A DNA stretch of 63,881 nt, the filler included, from an uncultured Ignavibacteriales bacterium (lineage in GTDB: Bacteria; Zixibacteria; MSB-5A5; GN15; JAAZOE01), in the NCBI GenBank assembly GCA_964611355.1. It is 3 parts of 3 records of this genome, joined end to end, with 100 filler letters (N's around TTAATTAATTAA, not from the genome) between each part and the next. Parts side by side here need not be neighbours in the genome. Positions count along the whole stretch, not along the records: positions 1 to 23,425 come from CAZSYD010000036.1; positions 23,526 to 46,438 come from CAZSYD010000037.1; 1 more part is not named here. One strand, given 5' to 3'. The notes beneath the pieces were generated by a model. The model saw only the letters and a program-made list of their open reading frames with translations. It ran no database searches and was not told the DNA's origin. Positions within the stretch are counted from its first letter, which is position 1; the number at the start of each line of letters is the position of its first letter. The position numbers and the translations under genes were made by a program. Of this stretch, positions 20,802-29,738 are shown piece after piece.

Positions 20802-20922
20802 TTGGGTGCGCGGAAATATTATTACAATATAAAAAGCATATTTGAAGAACTCTGCATTCTGCGTCACCACTGATTATACTTTCCGCTTGTCTTCGGCTGT
20901 ATAAGCCCCGATATTCGTTGCG

Positions 20923-22662
20923 ATGAGATATAAAGGGCCTGGCGACGAAGAAGAAAACCGGCCTGCCGAGCTATGGTGGCTGCCGTATTTGTTATTCTTG
21001 GCGGTTACGGCTATTCTGGCAATTCCGATTTTAAGGAATCTCGGTAACTGGGGCATCCGCGACTGGGATCTTTTTACCACCCTGCACGCCGCCGCCGTGC
21101 GGTCGATTCTCGAATACGGTCAGTTCCCTTTCTGGAATCCGTATATCGGCGGGGGTAACATTCTGTTTACCCACCCCGAAGTGCCGGTACTGAACCCTCT
21201 TTTTGGATTGCTTTTGATCTTCGGGCCGCTGATCGGGCTTAAACTTCAGGTTCTGGTGGTCTATTTCATCGGCATGGCGGGATTTTACAAGCTGGCCCGG
21301 CAATTGGGAATCAGCTTTTGGGGATCCCTTTTACCGCCGCCGGTATTTATGCTCAGTTCTTATTTGACCCTTCATTTTGTCGCAGGCCACGTCCCGTTCC
21401 ATTATTTTTGCGCCCTGCCGTGGCTTTTGTACTTCTACAAGAAATCGCTCGGTTGTCCCCTGCATATTCTATCCGCCGGAGGCGTGGCGGCCTTTATGAT
21501 TCTCGGTTCCGGCGCGGCCGTGCCTTTGCTGTTTTCCCTTTTTTTCCTTTTCCTGTTCAGCATTTTTGACATCGGGCAAAAACACAAATTCCGCCCGCCG
21601 TTTTTTGCTGTTCTGGCCGGGCTTTGCGGCATCCTGTTTGCCGCAGTCAAGTTTTTCCCGATGTTCGATTATCTTGCCCGCCACCCGTGGATTCCCGAAA
21701 CGACCGTTCAGACTACTCCACTGTGGATTTTACCGGATATGTTTTTCAATTTCAACCAGTCGGTTTTTGCCGATCATATCCAGGGATATTTCTGGGGCTG
21801 GCACGAATACGGCGCTTTCATCGGCCCGGTGGTTGCCTTACTGGCTGTAATTGGATTGATTGTCAGGTTCAAGAAAGACTGGCCGTATCTTGTACTGATA
21901 ATTTTTTCACTCCTTCTGGTTTTGGGATCGTTTTCCACGTCGCTGTCGCCGTGGGATCTTCTGCATCATCTGCCCGGCTTTAAATCGATGCGGGTGCCGT
22001 CGAGATTTTCGCTTCTTGCTATAATTTGCGTAGCAATCCTAGCCGGACGGGGGGCGGATGCTATCCTGTCGTTATTTAAACATCGTAAATGGGCTATGGC
22101 ATTGGTCATGCTGGCCACCGTTCTGGGAACTCATCTTTTTGTCTGCCTGCCTGTTTTGGGACAGGCTTTTCGCCGACCGCCCGAACATCCTCAGCCGCGT
22201 AAGGAATTCAAACAAATAGAGGGCGATCCCAACCGAATGTACACCGCTTTCTTGTCCAATATGGGAACGATCAAAGCCGCCTGGCTGTCGGCCTATCGGC
22301 CCGGCCGCTGCATATTGGGGTTTGTCGGCCAGACCCTGGAATGGTATTCCGACGACGATGCCGTCCGGGTAATAAAGCGGGAATTCAGTCCCAACCGGAT
22401 CGCATTCGAAATAGAAACCGAAAAAGGGGGCAACCTGGTAATATCCCAGGGATACGATCCCGGCTGGCGCCGGGAGGACGGCGGCGAGATAAAGCCGCGC
22501 TCTGATCTGCTTTCATTCGACGTCGTTCGCGGTGAGAGTCATATTGAAATATACTACTTTCCCGATTATTTCACGTTTGGCCTTGTTGTCTCAATAATCT
22601 CTATTCTTATGGCGATCGCAGGCCCGATTATATATCGCCTTAAGACAAAAACCGATACTTAA
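20923..22662 (+). CDS. Polytopic membrane protein, YfhO-like / GT-C glycosyltransferase
   Basis: FPFWNPYIGGG, RVPSRF, YDPGW motifs; many TM segments plus a periplasmic domain. Confidence 0.7.
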   Translation: MRYKGPGDEEENRPAELWWLPYLLFLAVTAILAIPILRNLGNWGIRDWDLFTTLHAAAVRSILEYGQFPFWNPYIGGGNILFTHPEVPVLNPLFGLLLIFGPLIGLKLQVLVVYFIGMAGFYKLARQLGISFWGSLLPPPVFMLSSYLTLHFVAGHVPFHYFCALPWLLYFYKKSLGCPLHILSAGGVAAFMILGSGAAVPLLFSLFFLFLFSIFDIGQKHKFRPPFFAVLAGLCGILFAAVKFFPMFDYLARHPWIPETTVQTTPLWILPDMFFNFNQSVFADHIQGYFWGWHEYGAFIGPVVALLAVIGLIVRFKKDWPYLVLIIFSLLLVLGSFSTSLSPWDLLHHLPGFKSMRVPSRFSLLAIICVAILAGRGADAILSLFKHRKWAMALVMLATVLGTHLFVCLPVLGQAFRRPPEHPQPRKEFKQIEGDPNRMYTAFLSNMGTIKAAWLSAYRPGRCILGFVGQTLEWYSDDDAVRVIKREFSPNRIAFEIETEKGGNLVISQGYDPGWRREDGGEIKPRSDLLSFDVVRGESHIEIYYFPDYFTFGLVVSIISILMAIAGPIIYRLKTKTDT

Positions 22663-23329
22663 CTAAAGTCCAGATAGCAACCGCCCCGTCGTACCATCTG
22701 ATTTTTTTGCCTTCTTTGATCTTGCGCGGGTAATAATTGATCGGTATTTCAAATATTTTAATTTTTCTCTTCCTCAGCCGGGCAATCACCTCAGGACAGA
22801 ATTCAAAGCGACGGCAGACAAGATTCAAAGATTTAAGAAGTTCCGTCTTGACCATCTTGTAGCAGGTTGATTCATCGGTGATACCGGCCCAATACAAAAG
22901 GTTGGCCAGAAAGGTCAGGAAACGGCCACCCCAGTAATATCGATGATAAGACCTGCCTGAGTCCGGATTGGCGACACGCGACCCGAATACTGCTTCGGCA
23001 TTATTCTGTCTGGCCGTTGCCAGCATCTTGACGATATCGTTCGGGTCGTACTCCAGGTCGGCGTCCTGGATTATGGTGTACTCGCCTTCCGCCCTGCCGA
23101 GTCCTGTCAATATCGCCGCCCCTTTGCCATGATTACTCTTGTGAGGCAGGAAAGTGATTTTACCCTCGTCAGCGTATTTTTTCAATATTTCTGCCGAACT
23201 GTCGGTCGAAGCGTCATCGACGGCGATAATCTGTTTGTCAATCGGAAGAGTCAGCAGTTTTTCCATTATGAGGGGGAGAGTTTTTTCTTCGTTGAAGACC
23301 GGCATAATAATGGAAAGCTGCATTTGCAT
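22640..23329 (-). CDS. GT2 glycosyltransferase (polyprenol-phosphate/DPM1-like)
   Basis: IIMPVFNE, VDDASTD, N.GKG.A, QDADLEYDP, FEFCPE. Confidence 0.92.
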   Translation of the reverse strand: MQMQLSIIMPVFNEEKTLPLIMEKLLTLPIDKQIIAVDDASTDSSAEILKKYADEGKITFLPHKSNHGKGAAILTGLGRAEGEYTIIQDADLEYDPNDIVKMLATARQNNAEAVFGSRVANPDSGRSYHRYYWGGRFLTFLANLLYWAGITDESTCYKMVKTELLKSLNLVCRRFEFCPEVIARLRKRKIKIFEIPINYYPRKIKEGKKIRWYDGAVAIWTLVKYRFLS

Positions 23330-23373
23330 AATATAAATGTGACCCGATGATTTGTCAATCAGGCCCCTTACAA

Positions 23374-23425
23374 TGTCAAGGCAAGATAGAAATGTCCTAT
23401 TCTTGGCAAGATAGAAATGTCCTAT
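23374..23425 (+). mobile_element. Probable insertion-sequence terminus at the scaffold end
   Basis: TGTCAA followed by two exact 21-bp copies of GGCAAGATAGAAATGTCCTAT (23380-23400, 23405-23425), running straight into the assembly break. Confidence 0.55.
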
Positions 23426-23525
23426 NNNNNNNNNNNNNNNNNNNNNNNNNNNNNNNNNNNNNNNNNNNNTTAATTAATTAANNNNNNNNNNNNNNNNNNN
23501 NNNNNNNNNNNNNNNNNNNNNNNNN
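23426..23525. other. Artificial contig-joining spacer
   Basis: 44 N + TTAATTAATTAA + 44 N. Confidence 0.97.
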
Positions 23526-23575
23526 TACTTGACCCAATCGATGCTCTTCGGCATGAATAGGCGTCGTAAGATCTA

Positions 23576-23617
23576 ACCGGTGGCCAATCCCAGCTTGGCC
23601 GGTGTGGGTTCCCGCTT
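23576..23617. repeat. 42-bp dispersed repeat, copy 1 (partner at 26032-26073)
   Basis: 35/42 identical by manual ungapped alignment. Confidence 0.85.
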
Positions 23618-23657
23618 GCCGGGCGCAAAAAAATATAATCCTCAGGCACAAATATTA

Positions 23658-23683
23658 AACTCACCAGTTGGGTGAGGTACGGT
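23658..23683. repeat. Hairpin-forming dispersed repeat, copy 1 (partner at 44177-44202)
   Basis: AACTCACCAGTTGGGTGAGGTACGGT; 23/26 identical to the partner; CTCACC/GGTGAG stem. Confidence 0.75.
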
Positions 23684-23714
23684 GTGACTTGTGGGCACAG
23701 GTTAAGCACAAAAG

Positions 23715-23754
23715 AAAAACCCGGCAGGGAAAACATAATCTCCGCCGGGCTTTT
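23715..23754 (-). terminator. Intrinsic terminator after the FG-GAP gene
   Basis: CCCGGC...GCCGGG stem flanked by A/T tracts. Confidence 0.65.
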
Positions 23755-23797
23755 GCAATCAGTCAATGCCGCATTCATTTGGCGGCCGCCTCCAAGA

Positions 23798-26005
23798 TTA
23801 TTTCAGAAGCACCATTTTTCTCGTTGCAGAATAATCACTGGTGTCAAGACGATAGAAATAAACACCGCTGGCCGCCTGGCTACCATCCCACTGGAACTTG
23901 TACTCTCCAGCTTCAAGATGATCATCAATCAGTGCCGCTACCTTTTGGCCCATGATGTTGAAGACTTCAAGTCTGACTTCTGATTCTTCCGGCAGACTGA
24001 AACTGATTTCTGTGATCGGGTTGAATGGGTTGGGGCAGTTCTGGTGTAGAGTAAAATCCGTTGGCAATAGCTCTTCACCGGCCTGTTTGTAAGTTATGTC
24101 TGGCGTAGCCAGGTCAATCCAGCCTGCGGGCACCGTCTGGCCCTCGTTGATCATTTCAGCAATATCCTTAGCTCTTTCGTCATTTTCGGGATTGCTGTCA
24201 GCTATCAAATCGTTGCAATATGTGATCGCCTGTGAAACCGTCGCTGCATCCTCACTGATCTCATTCCACTGAGCTATCTTACCCGACGCCATATTGAGTA
24301 GCAGGGCCGTTAGATGAGCCCTGGCTTTGTCATTCATACTGGATTTTGCCCGGGGGGAAATGGTTGTGCGAAGAGCTTCGAGCCGCTGATTACAGTCGGA
24401 ATTGAGATTAACCTCAAATACATTGACAGGGTTCAGGCCATGTTCGTTGAAATGAGTACGGATCAACTCCATGTAATTGCACATGTCCTCATATGTTTCA
24501 TGCGATTTGCCTTTACCCGAAAGAAGAGCGCTTACCTGGTGCATCCAGTAACCGCGACCTCGCTGTTGGGGTATTATGTCAAGCTGACTTAGTTCGAAAT
24601 CAACCGTTTTATGTATACAGTCTATTACTACTTCTTTGGTTTCTTCGTCTGCTTGATAGCCAAGGGGAGTTGATATAGACACCGAGTATACCCCGTAATC
24701 AAGATCAGCAAATTGATACCATCCCGAATCGTCAGTGACAGCCGAAAACAGGAGAATGCCTTCTGAGTCATACAGATCGACTGGGATACCCAGCAGACCT
24801 GATGAACCAGCTGTGACAAAGCCAGAGATTGACCCGGTGCCAGATGGCATCATATTCTTCAGTATCGAGAGAGTGCTGTCAGTTCCCCCGTGATAATTTG
24901 CCACGGCCAAGTCGTAGTCACCGTCTCCGTCGAGGTCTACTGAGCAAATGGACCAGGGAGTATCCCCAACCGCGTAATTGTCTGCCGAAGCAAACCTACC
25001 GTCCCCGTTGTTAATCAAGATGGAGACACTGTCAACCGGCCCTCCCGTCGCTCCGTCCCCCCAATTTGCGACAGCCAAATCAAGATATCCGTCCCCGTCA
25101 ATGTCCGGACAGGAAACATCCTTCGGGTTAACGCCAACCGCGTAGTTACCGCCTGGCGTAAAGGTGCCGTCTCCAAGGTTAAAGAGAATAGACAGGTTGT
25201 CACTGCTGCCGAAGTTACATACGGCGAGATCAAAATCCCCGTCCTGGTCAAGGTCGGCAATGCAAATACCTTGCGGACCATCCTCCACAGAGTAAGTACT
25301 GTCGGGCTCAAAGCTTCCATCTCCGTTGTTAATCAGGATCGTAACATTATCTGAACCCGAGTTTGTGACGGCCAGGTCAGTATCACCGTCCAAGTCAAGG
25401 TCTCCCGAACAGATGTAATGGGGATTGTCCCCGACAGCGTATTTGACGACCGGTGCAAAGCCGCCCTGTGCATCATTCATCAAGACCGCAACAGTGTCTT
25501 TTAATCGAAGTGTTACCGCCAGATCAGGATATCCGTCACCGTTCAGATCGGCTGCGCAAACACCATATGGACAACCCTCGAGACCCCAGTCGCCTGCGTA
25601 CGTAAAACTCCCGTCCCCGTTATTGTCGAGGATGGTGATCTTGCCGGAGCCGTTGGACCAACAGACATATTCATCCGTGACAGCCAGATCAACATCTCCA
25701 TCCTTATCAAAGTCGGCTACGCACGCTTGATGAGGGCAATTCATGGGATACTTGTCCGCAAATGCGAAACTCCCGTCGCCATCATTAAACAAGATCGCCA
25801 CTGATTGGTCGTTCAGGCTGACAACATTGTTAACCACAGCGACGTCGGAATCGCCGTCTCCGTCAAAGTCAGCACAGATAACGTCAACCGGGCCGCGCCC
25901 TGCGTCGTAGTCACTCCTCTCGAACAGCGGTTCCGAAGAGAAAACAGTCCGAGCAACTAAGCAAAGGTAAAACGCCGCCATGGAAATTAGAAGTACCTTT
26001 TTCAT
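23798..26005 (-). CDS. Secreted FG-GAP/VCBS-repeat beta-propeller protein with Ig-like domain and Por/T9SS-type C-terminal sorting domain
   Basis: Signal peptide; seven D(F/L/I)DxDGxxD(L/V)AV repeats; C-terminal PNPFNP...SGVYFYRL...KMVLLK; start at ATG 26005 with AAGGAG RBS. Confidence 0.88.
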   Translation of the reverse strand: MKKVLLISMAAFYLCLVARTVFSSEPLFERSDYDAGRGPVDVICADFDGDGDSDVAVVNNVVSLNDQSVAILFNDGDGSFAFADKYPMNCPHQACVADFDKDGDVDLAVTDEYVCWSNGSGKITILDNNGDGSFTYAGDWGLEGCPYGVCAADLNGDGYPDLAVTLRLKDTVAVLMNDAQGGFAPVVKYAVGDNPHYICSGDLDLDGDTDLAVTNSGSDNVTILINNGDGSFEPDSTYSVEDGPQGICIADLDQDGDFDLAVCNFGSSDNLSILFNLGDGTFTPGGNYAVGVNPKDVSCPDIDGDGYLDLAVANWGDGATGGPVDSVSILINNGDGRFASADNYAVGDTPWSICSVDLDGDGDYDLAVANYHGGTDSTLSILKNMMPSGTGSISGFVTAGSSGLLGIPVDLYDSEGILLFSAVTDDSGWYQFADLDYGVYSVSISTPLGYQADEETKEVVIDCIHKTVDFELSQLDIIPQQRGRGYWMHQVSALLSGKGKSHETYEDMCNYMELIRTHFNEHGLNPVNVFEVNLNSDCNQRLEALRTTISPRAKSSMNDKARAHLTALLLNMASGKIAQWNEISEDAATVSQAITYCNDLIADSNPENDERAKDIAEMINEGQTVPAGWIDLATPDITYKQAGEELLPTDFTLHQNCPNPFNPITEISFSLPEESEVRLEVFNIMGQKVAALIDDHLEAGEYKFQWDGSQAASGVYFYRLDTSDYSATRKMVLLK

Positions 26006-26031
26006 CTTATATCTCCTTCTATTGTTATCGG

Positions 26032-26073
26032 ACCGGTGGCCCATCCCGCCCTCGGCGGCGTGGGTTCCCGCTT
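26032..26073. repeat. 42-bp dispersed repeat, copy 2, in the 5' leader of the FG-GAP gene
   Basis: 35/42 identical to 23576-23617; ends 27 nt upstream of the ATG. Confidence 0.85.
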
Positions 26074-26486
26074 AACAACGAATATTCTCAAAATGCGCCA
26101 ATCGAACGAGCACTGGCCGAATATACCAAATCCAAACAACGAGGTCAAATTAATCGTCATAAACAATCCCTAAAACTACTCAATATTAACACCGATTCAC
26201 CAACAACAATACATTCTTTCTGCTGTTTCATAATCTGTCCCGGTTAATGGATACGTTTTCCAAGGGAGGACTTTTGGCTGTTCAAAAAACAGTTTCCAGA
26301 TCATTGTCAGGCCAGCCGCCTTTCGTAATCACCACAAGATATGTAGCGCATATTTTAAAATATGACGGAACAAACCCATTTTCGTCTAACTAACAGGACG
26401 ACATTATGTTAAAAGAAATCCATTGTTCCGTCGGGTCTTGCGCCGAAGATGTGCCCGCCCCTGACATGAAAGACGATATTTACAGA

Positions 26487-27503
26487 TTATGTTTTCCGGC
26501 CGCCCGGCCTGATGCCGGTGTCGGTGATATAAGCCGTCACCAACTTGTGCGGGGTGATGTCAAAAGCGGGATTTATAACTTTGACGCCTTCGGGAGAAAT
26601 TCGTTTGCCGAAACCGTCGGTTACTTCTTCGGGCGAACGCTGCTCGACGATTATATCTTTGCCCGATTCGAGATTTTTGTCAAAAGTCGATTCCGGCGCG
26701 GCGATATAAAACGGAATCTTATGTTCCCTTGCCAGAACGGCAAGCGTATAAGTACCGATTTTGTTGGCCACGTCGCCGTTTTTCGTGATCCTGTCTGCGC
26801 CCGTAATGACGGCATTGACTTTCCCTAAAGACATCAGATAACCGGCCATGTTGTCAGTTAAAAGCGTTACATCAATGCCATTATGCATTAATTCCCAGCA
26901 GGTTAGGCGCGCCCCTTGAAGTAATGGTCGAGTTTCGTCGGCATAGACTTTTATATTTTTGCCCGCCTCGACCGCCTTATAAATCACCGCCAGGGCCGTC
27001 CCGATACCGCCTGTCGCCAGCGCCCCGGCGTTACAGTGAGTCAGAACCGTCGAGTTATCTTTTAGAAGTTCGGCCCCGTGACGACCGATAGCATCACACA
27101 TCCGCCGGTCTTCTTCATGGATAGTAATCGCTTCGTCCCGGAGAATCTGTCGATATTCATCAATGGAATTTCCATTGTATTTCTCGGCAGCCTCAAGAAC
27201 GCGGTCAACCGCCCAGGAAAGATTAACCGCCGTCGGGCGAGCGTTTTTGATTTCGCGGCCAATGTCAGGCATCAATCTGCGCAATTGCTCAAGGGAGACG
27301 TCGGCTTTGGCCTCGATAGCAAGGCACAACGCATAAGCGGCGGCAATGCCGATAGCCGGTGCGCCGCGCACTTCAAGACGCTTGATGGCTTCGATAACGT
27401 CGCGATAATCGGTATAAGTATTATAGACCAGTTTCTCCGGAAGCGCGGTCTGATCCAGAAGAATAAGTTTCTTATCTTCAGTCCGTATCGTCGTAAAACG
27501 CAT
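26487..27503 (-). CDS. mtnA: S-methyl-5-thioribose-1-phosphate isomerase
   Basis: LDQT.LP, VRGAPAIG, ARPTAVNL, THCNAGALAT, ETRPLLQGARLT, NPAFDITP. Confidence 0.95.
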   Translation of the reverse strand: MRFTTIRTEDKKLILLDQTALPEKLVYNTYTDYRDVIEAIKRLEVRGAPAIGIAAAYALCLAIEAKADVSLEQLRRLMPDIGREIKNARPTAVNLSWAVDRVLEAAEKYNGNSIDEYRQILRDEAITIHEEDRRMCDAIGRHGAELLKDNSTVLTHCNAGALATGGIGTALAVIYKAVEAGKNIKVYADETRPLLQGARLTCWELMHNGIDVTLLTDNMAGYLMSLGKVNAVITGADRITKNGDVANKIGTYTLAVLAREHKIPFYIAAPESTFDKNLESGKDIIVEQRSPEEVTDGFGKRISPEGVKVINPAFDITPHKLVTAYITDTGIRPGGRKT

Positions 27504-27505
27504 TA

Positions 27506-27922
27506 TTATTCCCCCATAATCTGAACCACCAGTTCCCGGCGACGACTGCGGTTGTCGAATTCGAGAAAAACAACCTGCTGCCAGGTGCCCAGAACAAGCT
27601 TCCCCGCCGAAAAAGGAACGGTGATATCCGGCCCGATCATCGCCGCCCGCAGGTGCGAAAACCCGTTGCCGTCATGCCAGGTCTGGTCATGCTTATAGGG
27701 TTTACTGCACGGAATCAGTTTTTCCATCAACTCCGGCAGATCGGAAAGCAGTCCCGGCTCATATTCGATAGTAGTAATGCCACCCGTTGAGCCGGGGACG
27801 AAAACAGTCACCGTACCGGAATTCAATCCGCTTGACTTGACCATATCGCCAACATAGCCGGTTATATCGATAATATCACCGGCTCCTTTGGTTGAGAATT
27901 TAATCGATTTCGTAACTACCAT
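27506..27922 (-). CDS. yjbQ: YjbQ/UPF0047 family protein
   Basis: IDIT, YKH...DGNGFSHLRA, LGTWQQVVFLEFD. Confidence 0.9.
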   Translation of the reverse strand: MVVTKSIKFSTKGAGDIIDITGYVGDMVKSSGLNSGTVTVFVPGSTGGITTIEYEPGLLSDLPELMEKLIPCSKPYKHDQTWHDGNGFSHLRAAMIGPDITVPFSAGKLVLGTWQQVVFLEFDNRSRRRELVVQIMGE

Positions 27923-29583
27923 CAGATATACAGATGCCTTTTGATTTTTCGGGTTGTCGTCTTTTCAAACTCCTGCCGGATATAGCTGATATTTTTAATT
28001 CTCTTATAGTCGGCCATACCCCGGCAGATTGTCTTTATTTCGAGATCAAGAACCGATTTTATTTCCTCGGCGGTGAAATTGTCCGGATTTACTTCTTCCG
28101 AGTCCTTATTAAGTCGTATTGCCAGTTGCTCGAAATCCGGATAGATAATTGCCGTAACCTCTTCCCTGCCGGTTGCGCCTTTCCTGCCGTATACCAACGT
28201 TTCGAGGATATAAGACGAGCGGAGCAGTTCGGCTTCAATCTCTTCGGGATATATATTCTTTCCGGCCGCCGAGACTATCAGGTTTTTCTTCCGTCCGGCG
28301 ATATAGAGGTAACCATCCTTGTCAAGACGGCCCAAATCGCCCGTATGAAGCCAGCCATCTTCCAGTAGCTTTGCGGTTTCTTCGGGGTTGTCCTCATATC
28401 CGGGAGTAATCATCGGCCCCCGGGCCAGGATTTCTCCAATTCCTTTTTCGTTTGGGTTATCGATTTTGATCTCAACATTTTCCAGCGGCGGTCCGACCGA
28501 GCCGAATTTGACCCGGTCAGTCGGATTAACGGTCAATACCGGCGAGGTTTCCGTCAGGCCGTAACCCTCCACAAAATTAAGCCCCATCAAGCTGAAACCC
28601 CTCGATATTTGTGGCGGAAGCGGCGCTCCGCCGGAAACCAAAAGTCGAATTGACTGCAGACTTGCTTTTTCACGAAACGAGGTAAACAACGTTCCGCCCG
28701 GATTGATTCCGGCCAGCGAATGAAGCGCTTTGGTCGCCGTCATTGTAATCTTAAACACGGCTCGTCTGGCCAGCGAAGTTTTCTTTACCGAATTCAGGAT
28801 TCCATGATATATCTTTTCGTATAAAAGCGGCACCGATATAAAGTGAGTAATCTTATGCTTTTCGATGCCGTTAAAAACTTCCCTGGAGTTTATCTCCTTT
28901 ACATAGTAAATAGTTGAACCTCTTATAAGCGGAGCGATAAAGCCACAAGTAGCCTCGAAAGTGTGATGAAGCGGCAGTACCGAAAGAAAACGATCCCCCG
29001 GCCCGAAGGTCAGCCTTTTCAGGAACCCGTCAATATCGGATAATATATTGCCGTGAGTAAGAATCACCTTCTTTGCTTTCCCTGTGGTTCCGGAAGTGAA
29101 AATCATTACCGCCGGGTTATCCGGTTCATCAGGAAACTCAAGTTCAGGAATTTCGTCTTCGCTTATAGGAATCGTTTCCAAGTTTATAATTTCAAGGCCG
29201 TTCTCAAGCGAAATCGCGGCAGCCTTGACGATTTCCAAATACCTTGGAGAAACAAATAGTTTCCTGATGCGCGATTCGGCGAAAAGCCGCGATAATTCCT
29301 GTTCCTTCAACTGCGGATCGATCGGTACTACCATTCCGCCGCAGGCCAGAACAGCGAGATAGACCTTGCACCATTCCGGGCGGTTTTCGGAAAGCATACC
29401 AACCGGCTGCCGTTTTTCCAAAGGCCCCAAAAAGGTGGCACACTCGCGGATTTTTCTCGCCATTTGATTATAAGTAAGATACGCGTCTTCACCGGCAATC
29501 CCGACCGCCGGGTTGTCACCATATTTTTCGGCCGCCTGGAAAAACCGCGCCGCGATATTGGTTATCTCATCTGTGGAGAACAT
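27922..29583 (-). CDS. Long-chain fatty acid--CoA ligase (AMP-binding enzyme)
   Basis: FTSGTTG..K, LPLHHTFE, EGYGLTETSP, WLHTGDLG, GRKKNLIV..GKNIYPEEIE. Confidence 0.9.
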   Translation of the reverse strand: MFSTDEITNIAARFFQAAEKYGDNPAVGIAGEDAYLTYNQMARKIRECATFLGPLEKRQPVGMLSENRPEWCKVYLAVLACGGMVVPIDPQLKEQELSRLFAESRIRKLFVSPRYLEIVKAAAISLENGLEIINLETIPISEDEIPELEFPDEPDNPAVMIFTSGTTGKAKKVILTHGNILSDIDGFLKRLTFGPGDRFLSVLPLHHTFEATCGFIAPLIRGSTIYYVKEINSREVFNGIEKHKITHFISVPLLYEKIYHGILNSVKKTSLARRAVFKITMTATKALHSLAGINPGGTLFTSFREKASLQSIRLLVSGGAPLPPQISRGFSLMGLNFVEGYGLTETSPVLTVNPTDRVKFGSVGPPLENVEIKIDNPNEKGIGEILARGPMITPGYEDNPEETAKLLEDGWLHTGDLGRLDKDGYLYIAGRKKNLIVSAAGKNIYPEEIEAELLRSSYILETLVYGRKGATGREEVTAIIYPDFEQLAIRLNKDSEEVNPDNFTAEEIKSVLDLEIKTICRGMADYKRIKNISYIRQEFEKTTTRKIKRHLYI

Positions 29584-29676
29584 CGTATTCAGCCGATTTT
29601 AGATATTCATCACGAGGCCTGATTCCTGTCTGAATATACGGTAATCGGTTTTGATGTAAAAGCAAATTATATAGAT

Positions 29677-29706
29677 AAAAAAACCGCCGAAGGTTATCTC
29701 CGGCGG
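29677..29706 (-). terminator. Intrinsic terminator at the end of the pilus locus
   Basis: CCGCCG...CGGCGG stem followed by T7 on the minus strand. Confidence 0.7.
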
Positions 29707-29738
29707 CTATAGGACAATCGAAGTTTGCGCTTTGCCGA

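Noticed and set aside
23380..23425. CRISPR array
   Set aside because: Only two 21-bp copies separated by 4 nt, with no spacer-length gap and no cas genes.
23470..23481. TTAATTAATTAA palindrome (also at 46483-46494)
   Set aside because: Artificial all-frame stop linker embedded in N runs.
26406..26828. 140-aa plus-strand ORF
   Set aside because: Mostly antisense to mtnA and otherwise unsupported.
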